Shown here in pieces: positions 16,505-24,529 of a DNA stretch of 24,529 nucleotides; position 1 is the stretch's first letter, and each line of letters opens with the position of its first letter. The DNA lies in the NCBI GenBank assembly GCA_051652765.1, contig JBOFUV010000072.1, positions 1 to 24,529 of the forward strand, given 5' to 3'. The stretch is from Microcoleaceae cyanobacterium (GTDB lineage Bacteria > Cyanobacteriota > Cyanobacteriia > Cyanobacteriales > Microcoleaceae). Both the position numbers and the translations under genes were made by a program. Below the pieces are notes generated by a model that was not told the DNA's origin, did not search any database, and was given only the letters and a program-made list of their open reading frames with translations.

Positions 16505-16990
16505 ATGAAAAAAGTTTTGTTTCTATGCACAGACAACTACCACCATAGCCGATTCTCTGAATATCTATTCAATGGTTGGGCAATTCAGCAAGGGCTGAAT
16601 TGGCGAGCAGAGTCTCGCGGTTTAGCTGTTGACCGCCTCAGCAATAGTATTGGAGTCATCGCACCAAAAGTAGTTACAGGCTTGATAAACCGAGGAATCA
16701 CACTCCATGATTACATTCGACAGCCGTTACAAGTGTTTGAAGTTGATTTCAAAGCTGCGAATCGGGTGATTGCAGTTGAGGAAACCACTCACCGTTCTCT
16801 GATGGCTACACGACATCCTGGGTGGGTCAACTCAATTGAATATTGGAATGTTGACGATCCAGACGAGGATGCAATCGAGTCTTCCCTAGACCAACTAGAG
16901 CAACAGATTCAACACCTGCTAGCTGAATTAAAAACAGCTCAACTCTCAGAACTGCCCACCGAAACTCAAGCATTGATGTTCATGGATTAA
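16505..16990 (+). CDS. Low-molecular-weight protein tyrosine phosphatase/ArsC-fold protein with a degenerate P-loop
   Basis: MKKVLFLCTDNYHHSRFSE...AESRGL...ANRVIAVEE...WNVDDP. Start taken at ATG 16505 rather than TTG 16454. The CX5R motif reads CX5H. Confidence 0.8.
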   Translation: MKKVLFLCTDNYHHSRFSEYLFNGWAIQQGLNWRAESRGLAVDRLSNSIGVIAPKVVTGLINRGITLHDYIRQPLQVFEVDFKAANRVIAVEETTHRSLMATRHPGWVNSIEYWNVDDPDEDAIESSLDQLEQQIQHLLAELKTAQLSELPTETQALMFMD

Positions 16991-17100
16991 CATCTAGGAA
17001 TCTGATTTGAAGTGTTAACGTGAAGTGGGCATCTTGACCACTCTAGTCTCCCTTTTCAAGGGGGATCATTCTGTACCGGATCTCAACGAAACAGGCTGTA

Positions 17101-17203
17101 ATATTCAACTCCGTTGATGTGCATCCTGTAAACGTTTTTTGAAAGCCGAGCAGCGCTTGGCTTTCAAAAAAGTAAAATACGAGTAATCAACCGGATTCGA
17201 TAT
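17101..17203. mobile_element. Second, degenerate MITE-like element in opposite orientation, carrying an internal hairpin
   Basis: The reverse complement of the right end (17185-17203) is ATATCGAATCCGGTTGATT, 17/19 identical to ATATCAAATCCGGCTGATT at 15964. The left end ATATTCAACTCCGTTGA is a decayed TIR. Interior hairpin TTTTTTGAAAGCCGAG-cagcg-CTTGGCTTTCAAAAAA. Confidence 0.55.
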
Positions 17204-17221
17204 CAGTATTAACTCAGCAGC

Positions 17222-18052
17222 ATGTCTCAGGAAGAATTTAGTTCAAGAAATGCTCCTCCCAGTAACCGACAGTTGATTACTCTGCTGGGGATTTTTGTGG
17301 CATTGATCATTGGATTAATTGCCCTATCCCTGCTGTTGGTCGATGTTTTTATTAGTAAACTTCCGACCCAAGTTGAACAGCAACTTGGACGTTTAGTCGT
17401 TCCGGTCTATGAACAATTGGCTCAACCCTCAAGCACTCAAACAACTCTGAATCAACTGTTAGACCAGTTAGAAGCTCATTTACCTATAGACTTAGGCAAC
17501 AATCGAGAGTATCAGATTTTTTACATTCCAGAGGAAACGGTAAATGCGATCGCAATTCCAGGCGATCGCATCTTAATCTTCAAGGGTTTACTGACGAAGG
17601 TTGAGTCGGAAAATGAGTTAATGATGATTCTCGGCCATGAACTCGGCCATTTTGCCCATCGCGATCACCTACGAGGGCTAGGGCGAGGGTTAGTTTTACA
17701 AGCCGTTCTCTCTACGATATTTCCTAACATGGGTTCCTTGGAGTCCACCGCAGTCGCCCTGTCCAATGCCCGGTTTTCCCGATCTCAGGAACGACAAGCA
17801 GATCAGTTCGGCCTGACCTTGCTGAATGCAAACTATGGTCATGTAGCCGGGGCAACGGATTTTTTTGAGCGTCTGAGTCGAGAGCAAAAAATGGACTTGG
17901 CGTTTTTCAACACCCATCCCACGTCCAGGAACCGCGTGAACCACTTACAACGGTTGATCCAGCAGCAAAATTATCCCATTGGTTCCCGAGTGCCCTTGCC
18001 AGAGTCCTTGCAAACTCCAGCACCTCAATCTACTGATCAATCACGGGAGTAA
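17222..18052 (+). CDS. M48-family zinc metallopeptidase with an N-terminal membrane anchor
   Basis: 276 aa with NAIAIPG, HELGH (HEXXH), [10 protein letters not shown] and THP motifs. Confidence 0.92.
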   Translation: MSQEEFSSRNAPPSNRQLITLLGIFVALIIGLIALSLLLVDVFISKLPTQVEQQLGRLVVPVYEQLAQPSSTQTTLNQLLDQLEAHLPIDLGNNREYQIFYIPEETVNAIAIPGDRILIFKGLLTKVESENELMMILGHELGHFAHRDHLRGLGRGLVLQAVLSTIFPNMGSLESTAVALSNARFSRSQERQADQFGLTLLNANYGHVAGATDFFERLSREQKMDLAFFNTHPTSRNRVNHLQRLIQQQNYPIGSRVPLPESLQTPAPQSTDQSRE

Positions 18053-19955
18053 ACCCAAACACCTGACCATAAAATCGGTATTCCTCCACCAATGTTCGTT
18101 TAATATTCTCCGCCTTGCGGAACCCGTGTTGCTCCCCCTCAAAGGCAACGTACTTAACGGGTAAACCTTTGGATTTCAAGGCTTCCACCATCATTTCAGT
18201 CTGATTGGGGGGCACAACTTGATCTTCTAATCCCTGGAAAAAAATGACTGGGCAAGACAGTTGATCAACTGCATAAATCGGCGATCGCGCCCTGTAAATC
18301 TCCTGACACTTCGGATAGGGGCCAACCAATCCATCCAGGTAGCGGGCTTCGAATTTGTGGGTATCCTGGGCTAAGGCAGCTAAGTCACTGACTCCGTAGT
18401 AACTGGCCCCAGCTTTAAAGATATCTTTAAAGGTAAGCGCACAGAGGGTTGTGTAGCCTCCGGCACTGCCTCCAGAAATTGCGAGGCGATCGCCATCCAC
18501 CCAACCCTTGTCCGTCAAGTGTTGGGCTCCATTGGCACAGTCTTCGACATCCACAATCCCCCAATTGTCCTGCAGCCGTTGACGATACTCTCGCCCATAT
18601 CCCGTGCTGCCGCCATAGTTGACATCTAGCACCGCAAAGCCTCGACTCGTCCAGTATTGAATTTTGAGGTTGAGGGAACTGGAGGTAGCCGCCGTGGGGC
18701 CCCCATGACTTTTGACCAACAAAGGAGGCTTTTCACCCTTTGGAGCCTGGTAATCAACATTGGTCGGGGGGTAGAAAAAACCGTAGGCCGTTTTGCCCCC
18801 GGAAGTCGGAAATTCAATGGGTTGAGGAACGGAGAGATAACCTAGATCGAATTCCAAGGTACTCGAGCACTTGAGGATCTCTAAATCCCCTGTGGCCAGA
18901 TCCAACTTTACCGCCGCATTAGATTCCGTGAAAGAACTGCCTAAAAAAAGTACACAGTCCCCAGAAACCTGAACTGAAGCGATGGAACTATACGGAATCG
19001 GAATGCCTTGTAACTCAGTGGAAGGAACGTCCAGACTGGCTAAATACCAATTGCCTGCTTCAGTGTAGGTGCAGATGATTCGATCTTTGGAGGCAAACCC
19101 GTAGGTAGACATCCCAAACACCCAATGGGGTACGCCGAATTCTGCAGGCATCTCGCACAACGGTTCAGTCTTGCCCAAGACGTAGCGATAGAGATTCCAC
19201 CAATTGGAGCGATCGCTGACGAAGTATAGTATGCCATCCGGTGACCATTGGGGCTGGAAAATCGACTCTACCAAACCTCCGGCGACTTTTTTGGTTTTAC
19301 CCAGGGAACCGTCTAGGTTCACTTCGGCGACAAACAGTTCGGTTCCATCCCAGGGCATATTAGGGTGATTCCAACTCAACCAACAGAGTTGACTCCCATC
19401 TGGACTCAGTTGAGGAGACGCATAGAAATCCGTACCCGCCGCCAGCACTTGAAAAGTGCCATAGGTTAGATCAATACCAACCAGAGTATTCACAGCCTCC
19501 CCTTGACCAGAATGGTCTTCTCGTACACAAATCAACCGTTGCCGCTGAGGATCGACCACAGCATCCGCATACCGAAACGCTCCTGCGGGTGTGATGGGTT
19601 CAGGAGTGGCTGCTGTGGTTCCTTGAATAATCTGACGATAGAGGCGTTGGTCAGCAAAATTAGAAAAGTAGACGATCCCTTGATGAACAACATAAGCCCC
19701 ACCACCATACTCATGCACCCGCGATCGCACGTTGAATCCCGGCGGTGTAATATCCTGTTGCTGACCCTCGGGGGTAAGCTGCACCAAGACATTGCGCCCC
19801 TGTTCTGCGGGACGGCCTTCTAGCCAGTAAATGTCCCGGCCATCCCAGGTAAGACTACCCAGTCCAATGGTTCCGGCAACAATCTGATCAGCCGTGATTG
19901 GAGATTTCCAAGATCCGTAGGGAGCTATCGTTGGAGGAGTCATGGGGGGGTTCAT
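18030..19955 (-). CDS. S9-family peptidase (prolyl oligopeptidase/acylaminoacyl peptidase-like)
   Basis: 641 aa with [12 protein letters not shown]-terminus, [14 protein letters not shown], nucleophile [14 protein letters not shown] (Asp) and EQHGF (His). Its 3' end overlaps the M48 gene by 23 nt. Confidence 0.95.
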   Translation of the reverse strand: MNPPMTPPTIAPYGSWKSPITADQIVAGTIGLGSLTWDGRDIYWLEGRPAEQGRNVLVQLTPEGQQQDITPPGFNVRSRVHEYGGGAYVVHQGIVYFSNFADQRLYRQIIQGTTAATPEPITPAGAFRYADAVVDPQRQRLICVREDHSGQGEAVNTLVGIDLTYGTFQVLAAGTDFYASPQLSPDGSQLCWLSWNHPNMPWDGTELFVAEVNLDGSLGKTKKVAGGLVESIFQPQWSPDGILYFVSDRSNWWNLYRYVLGKTEPLCEMPAEFGVPHWVFGMSTYGFASKDRIICTYTEAGNWYLASLDVPSTELQGIPIPYSSIASVQVSGDCVLFLGSSFTESNAAVKLDLATGDLEILKCSSTLEFDLGYLSVPQPIEFPTSGGKTAYGFFYPPTNVDYQAPKGEKPPLLVKSHGGPTAATSSSLNLKIQYWTSRGFAVLDVNYGGSTGYGREYRQRLQDNWGIVDVEDCANGAQHLTDKGWVDGDRLAISGGSAGGYTTLCALTFKDIFKAGASYYGVSDLAALAQDTHKFEARYLDGLVGPYPKCQEIYRARSPIYAVDQLSCPVIFFQGLEDQVVPPNQTEMMVEALKSKGLPVKYVAFEGEQHGFRKAENIKRTLVEEYRFYGQVFGFTPVIDQ

Positions 19956-20223
19956 AGGTCACACTTACTTAAGGGTCGCTCAATTATCAATCAAAGGGCA
20001 TTTTAGCTCAAGACGGCTATAGTTTTAGAGAGAACGTATCAAGGGAAAAATCCAGTACGGACTGAACGGTTTAGGCTCTTTCAAAACTGCTTAAACGCAT
20101 CCGTTAAACACCACGACTGCAATCAAAACCATAAGCTTAATGGTTAAACCATCCCATACCTTGAAAAAGAGTCAACGAAAAACAGGCAACGTGAATATGC
20201 CATAATGATCCGGCAATCCTTTA

Positions 20224-21297
20224 ATGCATGAGTCCCACCCACGAATGGTTAACAATCCCCAATCTCCCCAAGAGTTAGCTGAATTGTTAACCGAGTTGAA
20301 TGACCTCCAGTTTGAATTGCCTGACCCTGAAGATGCAGAACTTTCAGATCCTGACTTTGAACAGAAAATAGAGGTTGCCTGGAAAGTATGCGATCGCTTT
20401 GACTTGCAAACAGAAATCTGGCGGGGCCGGATCTTACGAGCAGTGCGGGATCGGGAGAAACAAGGGGGAGAAGGCCGAGGAATGGGCTTTCTCAACTGGC
20501 TGAAGGAACGGGAAATTAGCAAGAGTCAAGCCTATACCCTGATCGAGCTAGCCAACAGTGCGGATACCTTATTGCAGGAAGGACATCTTCATCCAGAAGC
20601 TATTAATAATTTCAGTAAACGAGCCTTTGTTGAAACCGCAAAATCGCCGCCGGAAGTCCAACAGATGGTGGGTGATGCTGCTTGTCAAGGAGATCGAATC
20701 ACACGCCGCGCAGTTCGCCAACTCACTGATGAATGGACGGCGATCAATTCCGATCTATTGCCTGACGAAATCCGGGAAAAAGCGTCCTCAGGTGCAATGC
20801 CGCCTCGATATCTGGCCCCTCTAGTTCGAGAAATGGAGAAACTGCCAAAATCTCATGTCTACGAAATCCAACGGGAAGTGGTTGAAAACCCAGATGTGGA
20901 TACGGTCAAACAGCTCACCTCAGAAGCCAAAAATCTAGCTCAGTATCTGGACGCTGCGGCTAGAGTCCAAGCCTTAAACCAAGGCTCTGTAGATATGGAA
21001 ATGGCATTAGAGGAAGCCCTACGAGTGGGTTGTCTCGGCACGGCAGCGGACTTGGTGAAACAAGCAACTCAGCTCGAACAAATAATAGTGAAGCTCTATA
21101 GCACCTGGAAACGGGTCGGCAGTCTGGCCGATCGGTTGTACGTTGATACGGGGGCAAGTACGCCAAACCTGCGATCGCTCCTCACTTGTTTGGAGCAGCT
21201 CGCAGGTCAAACGATAGAGGTTCAACTTTCAGAAGGACAAAATCGTCGAGTTCGGCTACAAATCTTGTCAGATGAAAATAAAGAAACTCAAGGTTAA
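20224..21297 (+). CDS. Cyanobacterial hypothetical protein
   Basis: 357-aa uninterrupted ORF with typical codon usage and two HIP1 sites. Helical sequence (AWKVCDRFDLQTEIWRGRILRAVRDRE...FLNWLKEREISKSQAY). I recall it as a conserved cyanobacterial family; function not recognised. Confidence 0.8.
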   Translation: MHESHPRMVNNPQSPQELAELLTELNDLQFELPDPEDAELSDPDFEQKIEVAWKVCDRFDLQTEIWRGRILRAVRDREKQGGEGRGMGFLNWLKEREISKSQAYTLIELANSADTLLQEGHLHPEAINNFSKRAFVETAKSPPEVQQMVGDAACQGDRITRRAVRQLTDEWTAINSDLLPDEIREKASSGAMPPRYLAPLVREMEKLPKSHVYEIQREVVENPDVDTVKQLTSEAKNLAQYLDAAARVQALNQGSVDMEMALEEALRVGCLGTAADLVKQATQLEQIIVKLYSTWKRVGSLADRLYVDTGASTPNLRSLLTCLEQLAGQTIEVQLSEGQNRRVRLQILSDENKETQG

Positions 21298-21358
21298 ATC
21301 AATTGGCAAATAACTAGTCAACAATGACTAAACAATTAACAAAACCCAGCAAAACGAT

Positions 21359-21529
21359 TTACTCGTGACAGTTGCAACCTGTGTGACCACAGCCTTTGGA
21401 GCCATCAACATGACCACTAGCACAGGCATCAGAACAGTAATATTGACCATCTTTCTGGATTGCTTGTTCTAGAGAAACAATACAAAGACAAGGCTGACAG
21501 GCGCATTTCAGTTGAGTAGCAGTAGACAT
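21359..21529 (-). CDS. smtA: Bacterial metallothionein (SmtA/BmtA)
   Basis: Manual translation (56 aa, not in the ORF track): MSTATQLKCACQPCLCIVSLEQAIQKDGQYYCSDACASGHVDGSKGCGHTGCNCHE. Nine Cys (9,11,14,16,32,36,47,52,54) and His40/49/55 in SmtA spacing. AGGA SD upstream. Confidence 0.97.
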   Translation of the reverse strand: MSTATQLKCACQPCLCIVSLEQAIQKDGQYYCSDACASGHVDGSKGCGHTGCNCHE

Positions 21530-21625
21530 GGTTAGTTTTTCCTATTAATTCATCTTTCTACTTGTAGTTTAACTTCTAAATCGTTTTTTTGACCATAAAT
21601 ATTGGGTTTATTTTGCGGACTAAAT

Positions 21626-21674
21626 TGACAATGATTATCGTTCTTTTATGGATTAATAATGATAATTATTATCG
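21626..21674. promoter_or_regulatory. Tandem Zur/Fur-family 7-1-7 boxes upstream of the metallothionein
   Basis: TGACAAT-G-ATTATCG (21626-21640) and TGATAAT-T-ATTATCG (21660-21674) versus the cyanobacterial Zur consensus TGATAATNATTATCA (2 and 1 mismatches). Confidence 0.75.
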
Positions 21675-21739
21675 TTTTAGTTAGTAATCTGTTCAGATTC
21701 AATCTCTGCTTAAGCTGATAGTTAAAAACTTCCTTTAAC

Positions 21740-21795
21740 AAGGTCTCTTTGAAAGGTCTCTTTGAAAAGTCCCGTTGTCGGCAGCAAAACAATTT
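21740..21795. repeat. 13-bp tandem duplication plus dispersed 23-bp repeat, copy 2
   Basis: AAGGTCTCTTTGA x2 (21740-21765), followed by CGTTGTCGGCAGCAAAACAATTT (21773-21795). Confidence 0.7.
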
Positions 21796-21881
21796 AGCTT
21801 AGATCACCCAGGAAACTAGGGGAACCGGTCAGTGCTTACAATCACAGCCGCTCACGTTGCAAACAGCCTCTAACAGCAACC

Positions 21882-24185
21882 TTAAAGCTTAGTACTCTCT
21901 AAGAGTTTCTTGATTCTGCGGATTTGTGAGGGAGAAATATTGTATCGGGCAGGGAGCTGAGGCACTGAACCAGAGGTCAATTCGGGATGAGCCAAACCCA
22001 GATCAGTCGGTGACATCAAGTATTCTATGTCTTGCTCTGAAAGCTCAACTGGGATATCTGCACCGTTAATCATGGCTCCCAATAATCGAGGGCGATGTTG
22101 ATTGTTGCTGTCTTCTTCATCAACTTCCATCAGTTGATCGATCAGATCGCCTAGTAATCCAGTCTGGGTGTAAATGGGTCGAGTGACAATCACCATGCCA
22201 TCTGTGTAGGGCTCAATCGTTAAGGCATCGTTATTTTTGCTGAGGGCAGGAACATCTAACACGACTAAATCAAACCGGTGGCGAACCTCTTCTAACAAAC
22301 GCCGCATTTCACTCGATTCTAGGATGCCTGCAGTTTGATGAATTGGCCCTGGACTAGGAACCATGTACAGATTTTCCACATCTGGAACCAACCGCACACA
22401 ATCATTTAAATCCCCGTAATATTGCAAAGGTTCTACACTACTATAGGGATCGGACACTAATCTCAAGGATTCGCATAGACTGGGAGAATGTAAATCTGCT
22501 TCAATCAGCAGCGTTCGTTTACCAGCACGGGCAGCAGTAATAGCCAGGTTGTAAGCTGTCAATGTTTTGCCCTCGGTATCCCCACAACTGGTAATCAGAA
22601 TAACCTTAACAGGCCGCTCTCCAACTCGTTGTAGAGTCCCCCGAATCTTCTCGTAGAATTCCAAGTAAGGCGACCTAGGCTTGAGCAACAATGGCAGTTG
22701 AGCGCCTGATTCCTCAATTAAAGGCAGATTGGGGAGAGTTCCCAACAAGGGAACGTCTCGTTCTTGCAACGCCCCTCTGATTTCTTCCCAGGTGAAAAAC
22801 TTGCCACTGAGTATCCCGAGTACAAAAATTAAGGCGGCACCCCCTAGAACCCCGGCGAGTCCGCCCCCCGCCAGAATTAACGCCATACTAATCGCCTCTG
22901 GAATTTCAACCTCAGGCGCGATCGCCGGTTGAGCTACTTGCAAGCTACTGACAGTTTCGGCCTCGGCGGCCTGAGCATCAATCAATTGGGCTCTCATCTT
23001 GTCGTAGAGAGCTTTTTTGTAGCCAACTTCCTGCTCCAAACGCATTTTTTCTAATTGTTTATTGGGAATGGCAGCATAGGTTTTCCGCAAATTGGCTTCT
23101 GATGCTTGCAAATTCACCAGTTGTTGTTCTAGGGTTTCTTTCTGGGTTTGCAAGGTCATCAAATTTTGGGCCAGTTGTTGTCGGGCGGGATCTAGAGCAG
23201 AATCAACCCGAATCTGATCCACATTCTGTAAGGGCGCAGCCACTCCGCCACCCCCCAGAACTTCTGAGGCTCGGGCCTGAAGTTGTTGCTCAATCGCTTG
23301 CTTTTGCTTGATTAGTGCGGCGACTTGAGGGTGCCCGTCCCGGTAATCCTTGCGGAGAAATTCTAACTGAGAGTCAACTTGATATAGCTGCACCCGCAAT
23401 TGAGCAATAATCGGGTCAGCCGCTAGGGATTGGGAAACATAAGCTTGATCAGGATCTAGCCCCAAACGCTCTTGTAGGCTAGCAAGTTGGCTGGTAACGG
23501 TTTGCAGTTGCAGTCGGGTCTGCTCTTGCTGTTTTTGGTTGACAATAATGGCCTCTGGTAACGCGCCACTCTCAATCGCCAGTAGGGTCGCCCCTTCTTT
23601 TTTATCATAGGCTTCCAAGGCTTGCTCCGCCTGTCTGAGTTCAGCTTCGGTAGGCCCAAGGCGAGCTTGAACTGTTTCAATAATGGACTTGAGATACTCC
23701 GTGTTGATCTGGCGACTTTGCTCAATCATGCCCTGCATCAGCCGATTGACCACTGCTACGGATTTTTCCTTGTTGGGGTCAGTGTAGCTGACGGAAATTA
23801 AATTGTTAACTGGCGCTGCGCTTTCTTCTTTTTTCTTGTCTTCTTCTCCAGTGGGCTCTGGCAAGGTTAGTTCAAAGCTGTCTTTGAACTCTTGAATCGG
23901 AATCTTAAATTCTTTGAGCACGGGTTCAACTACACTCGGTTGCAGCAACATCGGCTTGGTCAGTTGTTGGCCGCGCTCACGGATGCTCTGCCCCGTTTGG
24001 GAAAATAACACGGGGGGATTCTGATAGCTTAAAATCCCTGTTGCCTTGTAGGGAGGGGCGGGGGGTGGCTCTAATAACATCGCTGCAATTCCTGAAGCCC
24101 CTAATGCTAGCGCAAAAAAGGCAAATCCCGCCCATTTGTATTGTTCGAAGGCAATCAGGTAACGCTTAACAATGGGTAGAGTCAT
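21882..24185 (-). CDS. Wzc/GumC-like polysaccharide co-polymerase with a C-terminal BY-kinase-like P-loop domain
   Basis: 767 aa with an N-terminal TM, long periplasmic coiled coil (HPQV), Gly-rich second TM, then ITSCGDTEGKT (Walker A), LLIEADL (A') and VVLDVP (B). Confidence 0.88.
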   Translation of the reverse strand: MTLPIVKRYLIAFEQYKWAGFAFFALALGASGIAAMLLEPPPAPPYKATGILSYQNPPVLFSQTGQSIRERGQQLTKPMLLQPSVVEPVLKEFKIPIQEFKDSFELTLPEPTGEEDKKKEESAAPVNNLISVSYTDPNKEKSVAVVNRLMQGMIEQSRQINTEYLKSIIETVQARLGPTEAELRQAEQALEAYDKKEGATLLAIESGALPEAIIVNQKQQEQTRLQLQTVTSQLASLQERLGLDPDQAYVSQSLAADPIIAQLRVQLYQVDSQLEFLRKDYRDGHPQVAALIKQKQAIEQQLQARASEVLGGGGVAAPLQNVDQIRVDSALDPARQQLAQNLMTLQTQKETLEQQLVNLQASEANLRKTYAAIPNKQLEKMRLEQEVGYKKALYDKMRAQLIDAQAAEAETVSSLQVAQPAIAPEVEIPEAISMALILAGGGLAGVLGGAALIFVLGILSGKFFTWEEIRGALQERDVPLLGTLPNLPLIEESGAQLPLLLKPRSPYLEFYEKIRGTLQRVGERPVKVILITSCGDTEGKTLTAYNLAITAARAGKRTLLIEADLHSPSLCESLRLVSDPYSSVEPLQYYGDLNDCVRLVPDVENLYMVPSPGPIHQTAGILESSEMRRLLEEVRHRFDLVVLDVPALSKNNDALTIEPYTDGMVIVTRPIYTQTGLLGDLIDQLMEVDEEDSNNQHRPRLLGAMINGADIPVELSEQDIEYLMSPTDLGLAHPELTSGSVPQLPARYNISPSQIRRIKKLLESTKL

Positions 24186-24187
24186 AG

Positions 24188-24269
24188 GAGTTAAGGGTTG
24201 AGAGTTGAGAGTTAAGGGTTGAGAGTTAAGATTTGAGAGAAGGGTTGAGAGTTAAGAGTTGAGAGTTAA
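24188..24269. repeat. Heptamer tandem array (STRR-like), about 11 copies of GRGTTRA
   Basis: GAGTTAA GGGTTGA GAGTTGA GAGTTAA GGGTTGA GAGTTAA GATTTGA ... directly abutting the wzc-like start codon. Confidence 0.9.
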
Positions 24270-24331
24270 AGAAGCTGAAGCTTCCAAACCCCTCTATGGT
24301 TTTCTCATGATTGATTTGGGATCGCTATATA

Positions 24332-24376
24332 TTTAATTTCTATTATTCTAATTTCTACTACTTTAATTTCTATTAT
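24332..24376. repeat. 15-bp tandem repeat x3 spanning the wza-like stop codon
   Basis: TTTAATTTCTATTAT TCTAATTTCTACTAC TTTAATTTCTATTAT. Confidence 0.8.
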
Positions 24377-24529
24377 TCCCTCCGCCACTCCCTGATGGGC
24401 CAAATAGACTGTCAGCCGCATTTGACAACTCTCGGAAGAAGAGTAAGAACCCCAAGATATCTCGAAAGGGTTGGGTAAAGTTGTTCAGGAGGTAGCTGAC
24501 TTCAGTTGCAAAATTGCGATCAATGATAA
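24363..24529 (-). CDS. 3' end of a Wza/KpsD-like polysaccharide export protein (starts beyond the window)
   Basis: Manual translation ...IIDRNFATEVSYLLNNFTQPFRDILGFLLFFRELSNAADSLFGPSGSGGGNNRN*. FTQPFRDILGFLLFF resembles the C-terminal amphipathic helix of cyanobacterial polysaccharide export proteins. Directly upstream of the wzc-like gene. Confidence 0.72.
   Translation of the reverse strand, partial: IIDRNFATEVSYLLNNFTQPFRDILGFLLFFRELSNAADSLFGPSGSGGGNNRN

Larger units (their letters stand above)
397..22925. repeat. HIP1 octamer GCGATCGC, dispersed
   Basis: Seen at 397, 3631, 6062, 6263, 7210, 8809, 9283, 10838, 12020, 12582, 12971, 13400, 13815, 15823, 16007, 17546, 17562, 18281, 18486, 19209, 19721, 20390, 21171 and 22918 (manual count, about 1 per kb). 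Confidence 0.95.

Noticed and set aside
18030..18052. 23-nt convergent overlap of the M48 and S9 peptidase genes
   Set aside because: Short tail-to-tail overlaps are common; no evidence of a functional link.
21625..21653. Perfect TTGACA as the -35 of a + strand promoter under Zur box 1
   Set aside because: No TAN3T -10 at 16-18 bp spacing and no convincing + strand ORF downstream; cannot be supported without TSS data.
21686..21699. AATCTG-TT-CAGATT palindrome as an SmtB operator
   Set aside because: Only a TGTTCAGAT half-site resembles the SmtB 12-2-12 box; the partner TGAACA half is missing and no smtB is adjacent.
24347..24361. TAATTTCTACTA resembling a Cas12a repeat handle
   Set aside because: Part of a contiguous 15-bp tandem repeat with no spacers, no GTAGAT arm and no cas genes.

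Overview
Cyanobacterial chromosomal window; I counted 24 HIP1 octamers (GCGATCGC) by eye. The left ~8.8 kb is an accessory carbon-storage region. It holds phaA (cut by the window edge, absent from the ORF track), a co-oriented patatin-like hydrolase, the divergent class III PHA synthase genes phaE-phaC, a convergent phasin-like gene, a baeRF3/Balon-like release-factor homolog, a lactate/glycolate permease and a decayed ankyrin fragment. Core genes follow: pcyA, tatA (not in the ORF track), glyS and murD. The right half has a Wzx flippase, an LMW-phosphatase homolog with a degenerate P-loop, M48 and S9 peptidases, a hypothetical protein, a SmtA-type metallothionein (not in the ORF track) preceded by two Zur/Fur-type boxes with no adjacent smtB, a Wzc-like gene and the 3' end of a Wza-like gene. 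Intergenic regions contain two MITE-like elements with shared ends, many short tandem repeats and a 23-bp dispersed repeat. The best leads are (1) the patatin as a candidate cyanobacterial PHB depolymerase inside a self-contained pha cluster next to a putative ribosome-hibernation factor, and (2) probable Zur control of the metallothionein. All family calls come from motif recognition; no database search was run.
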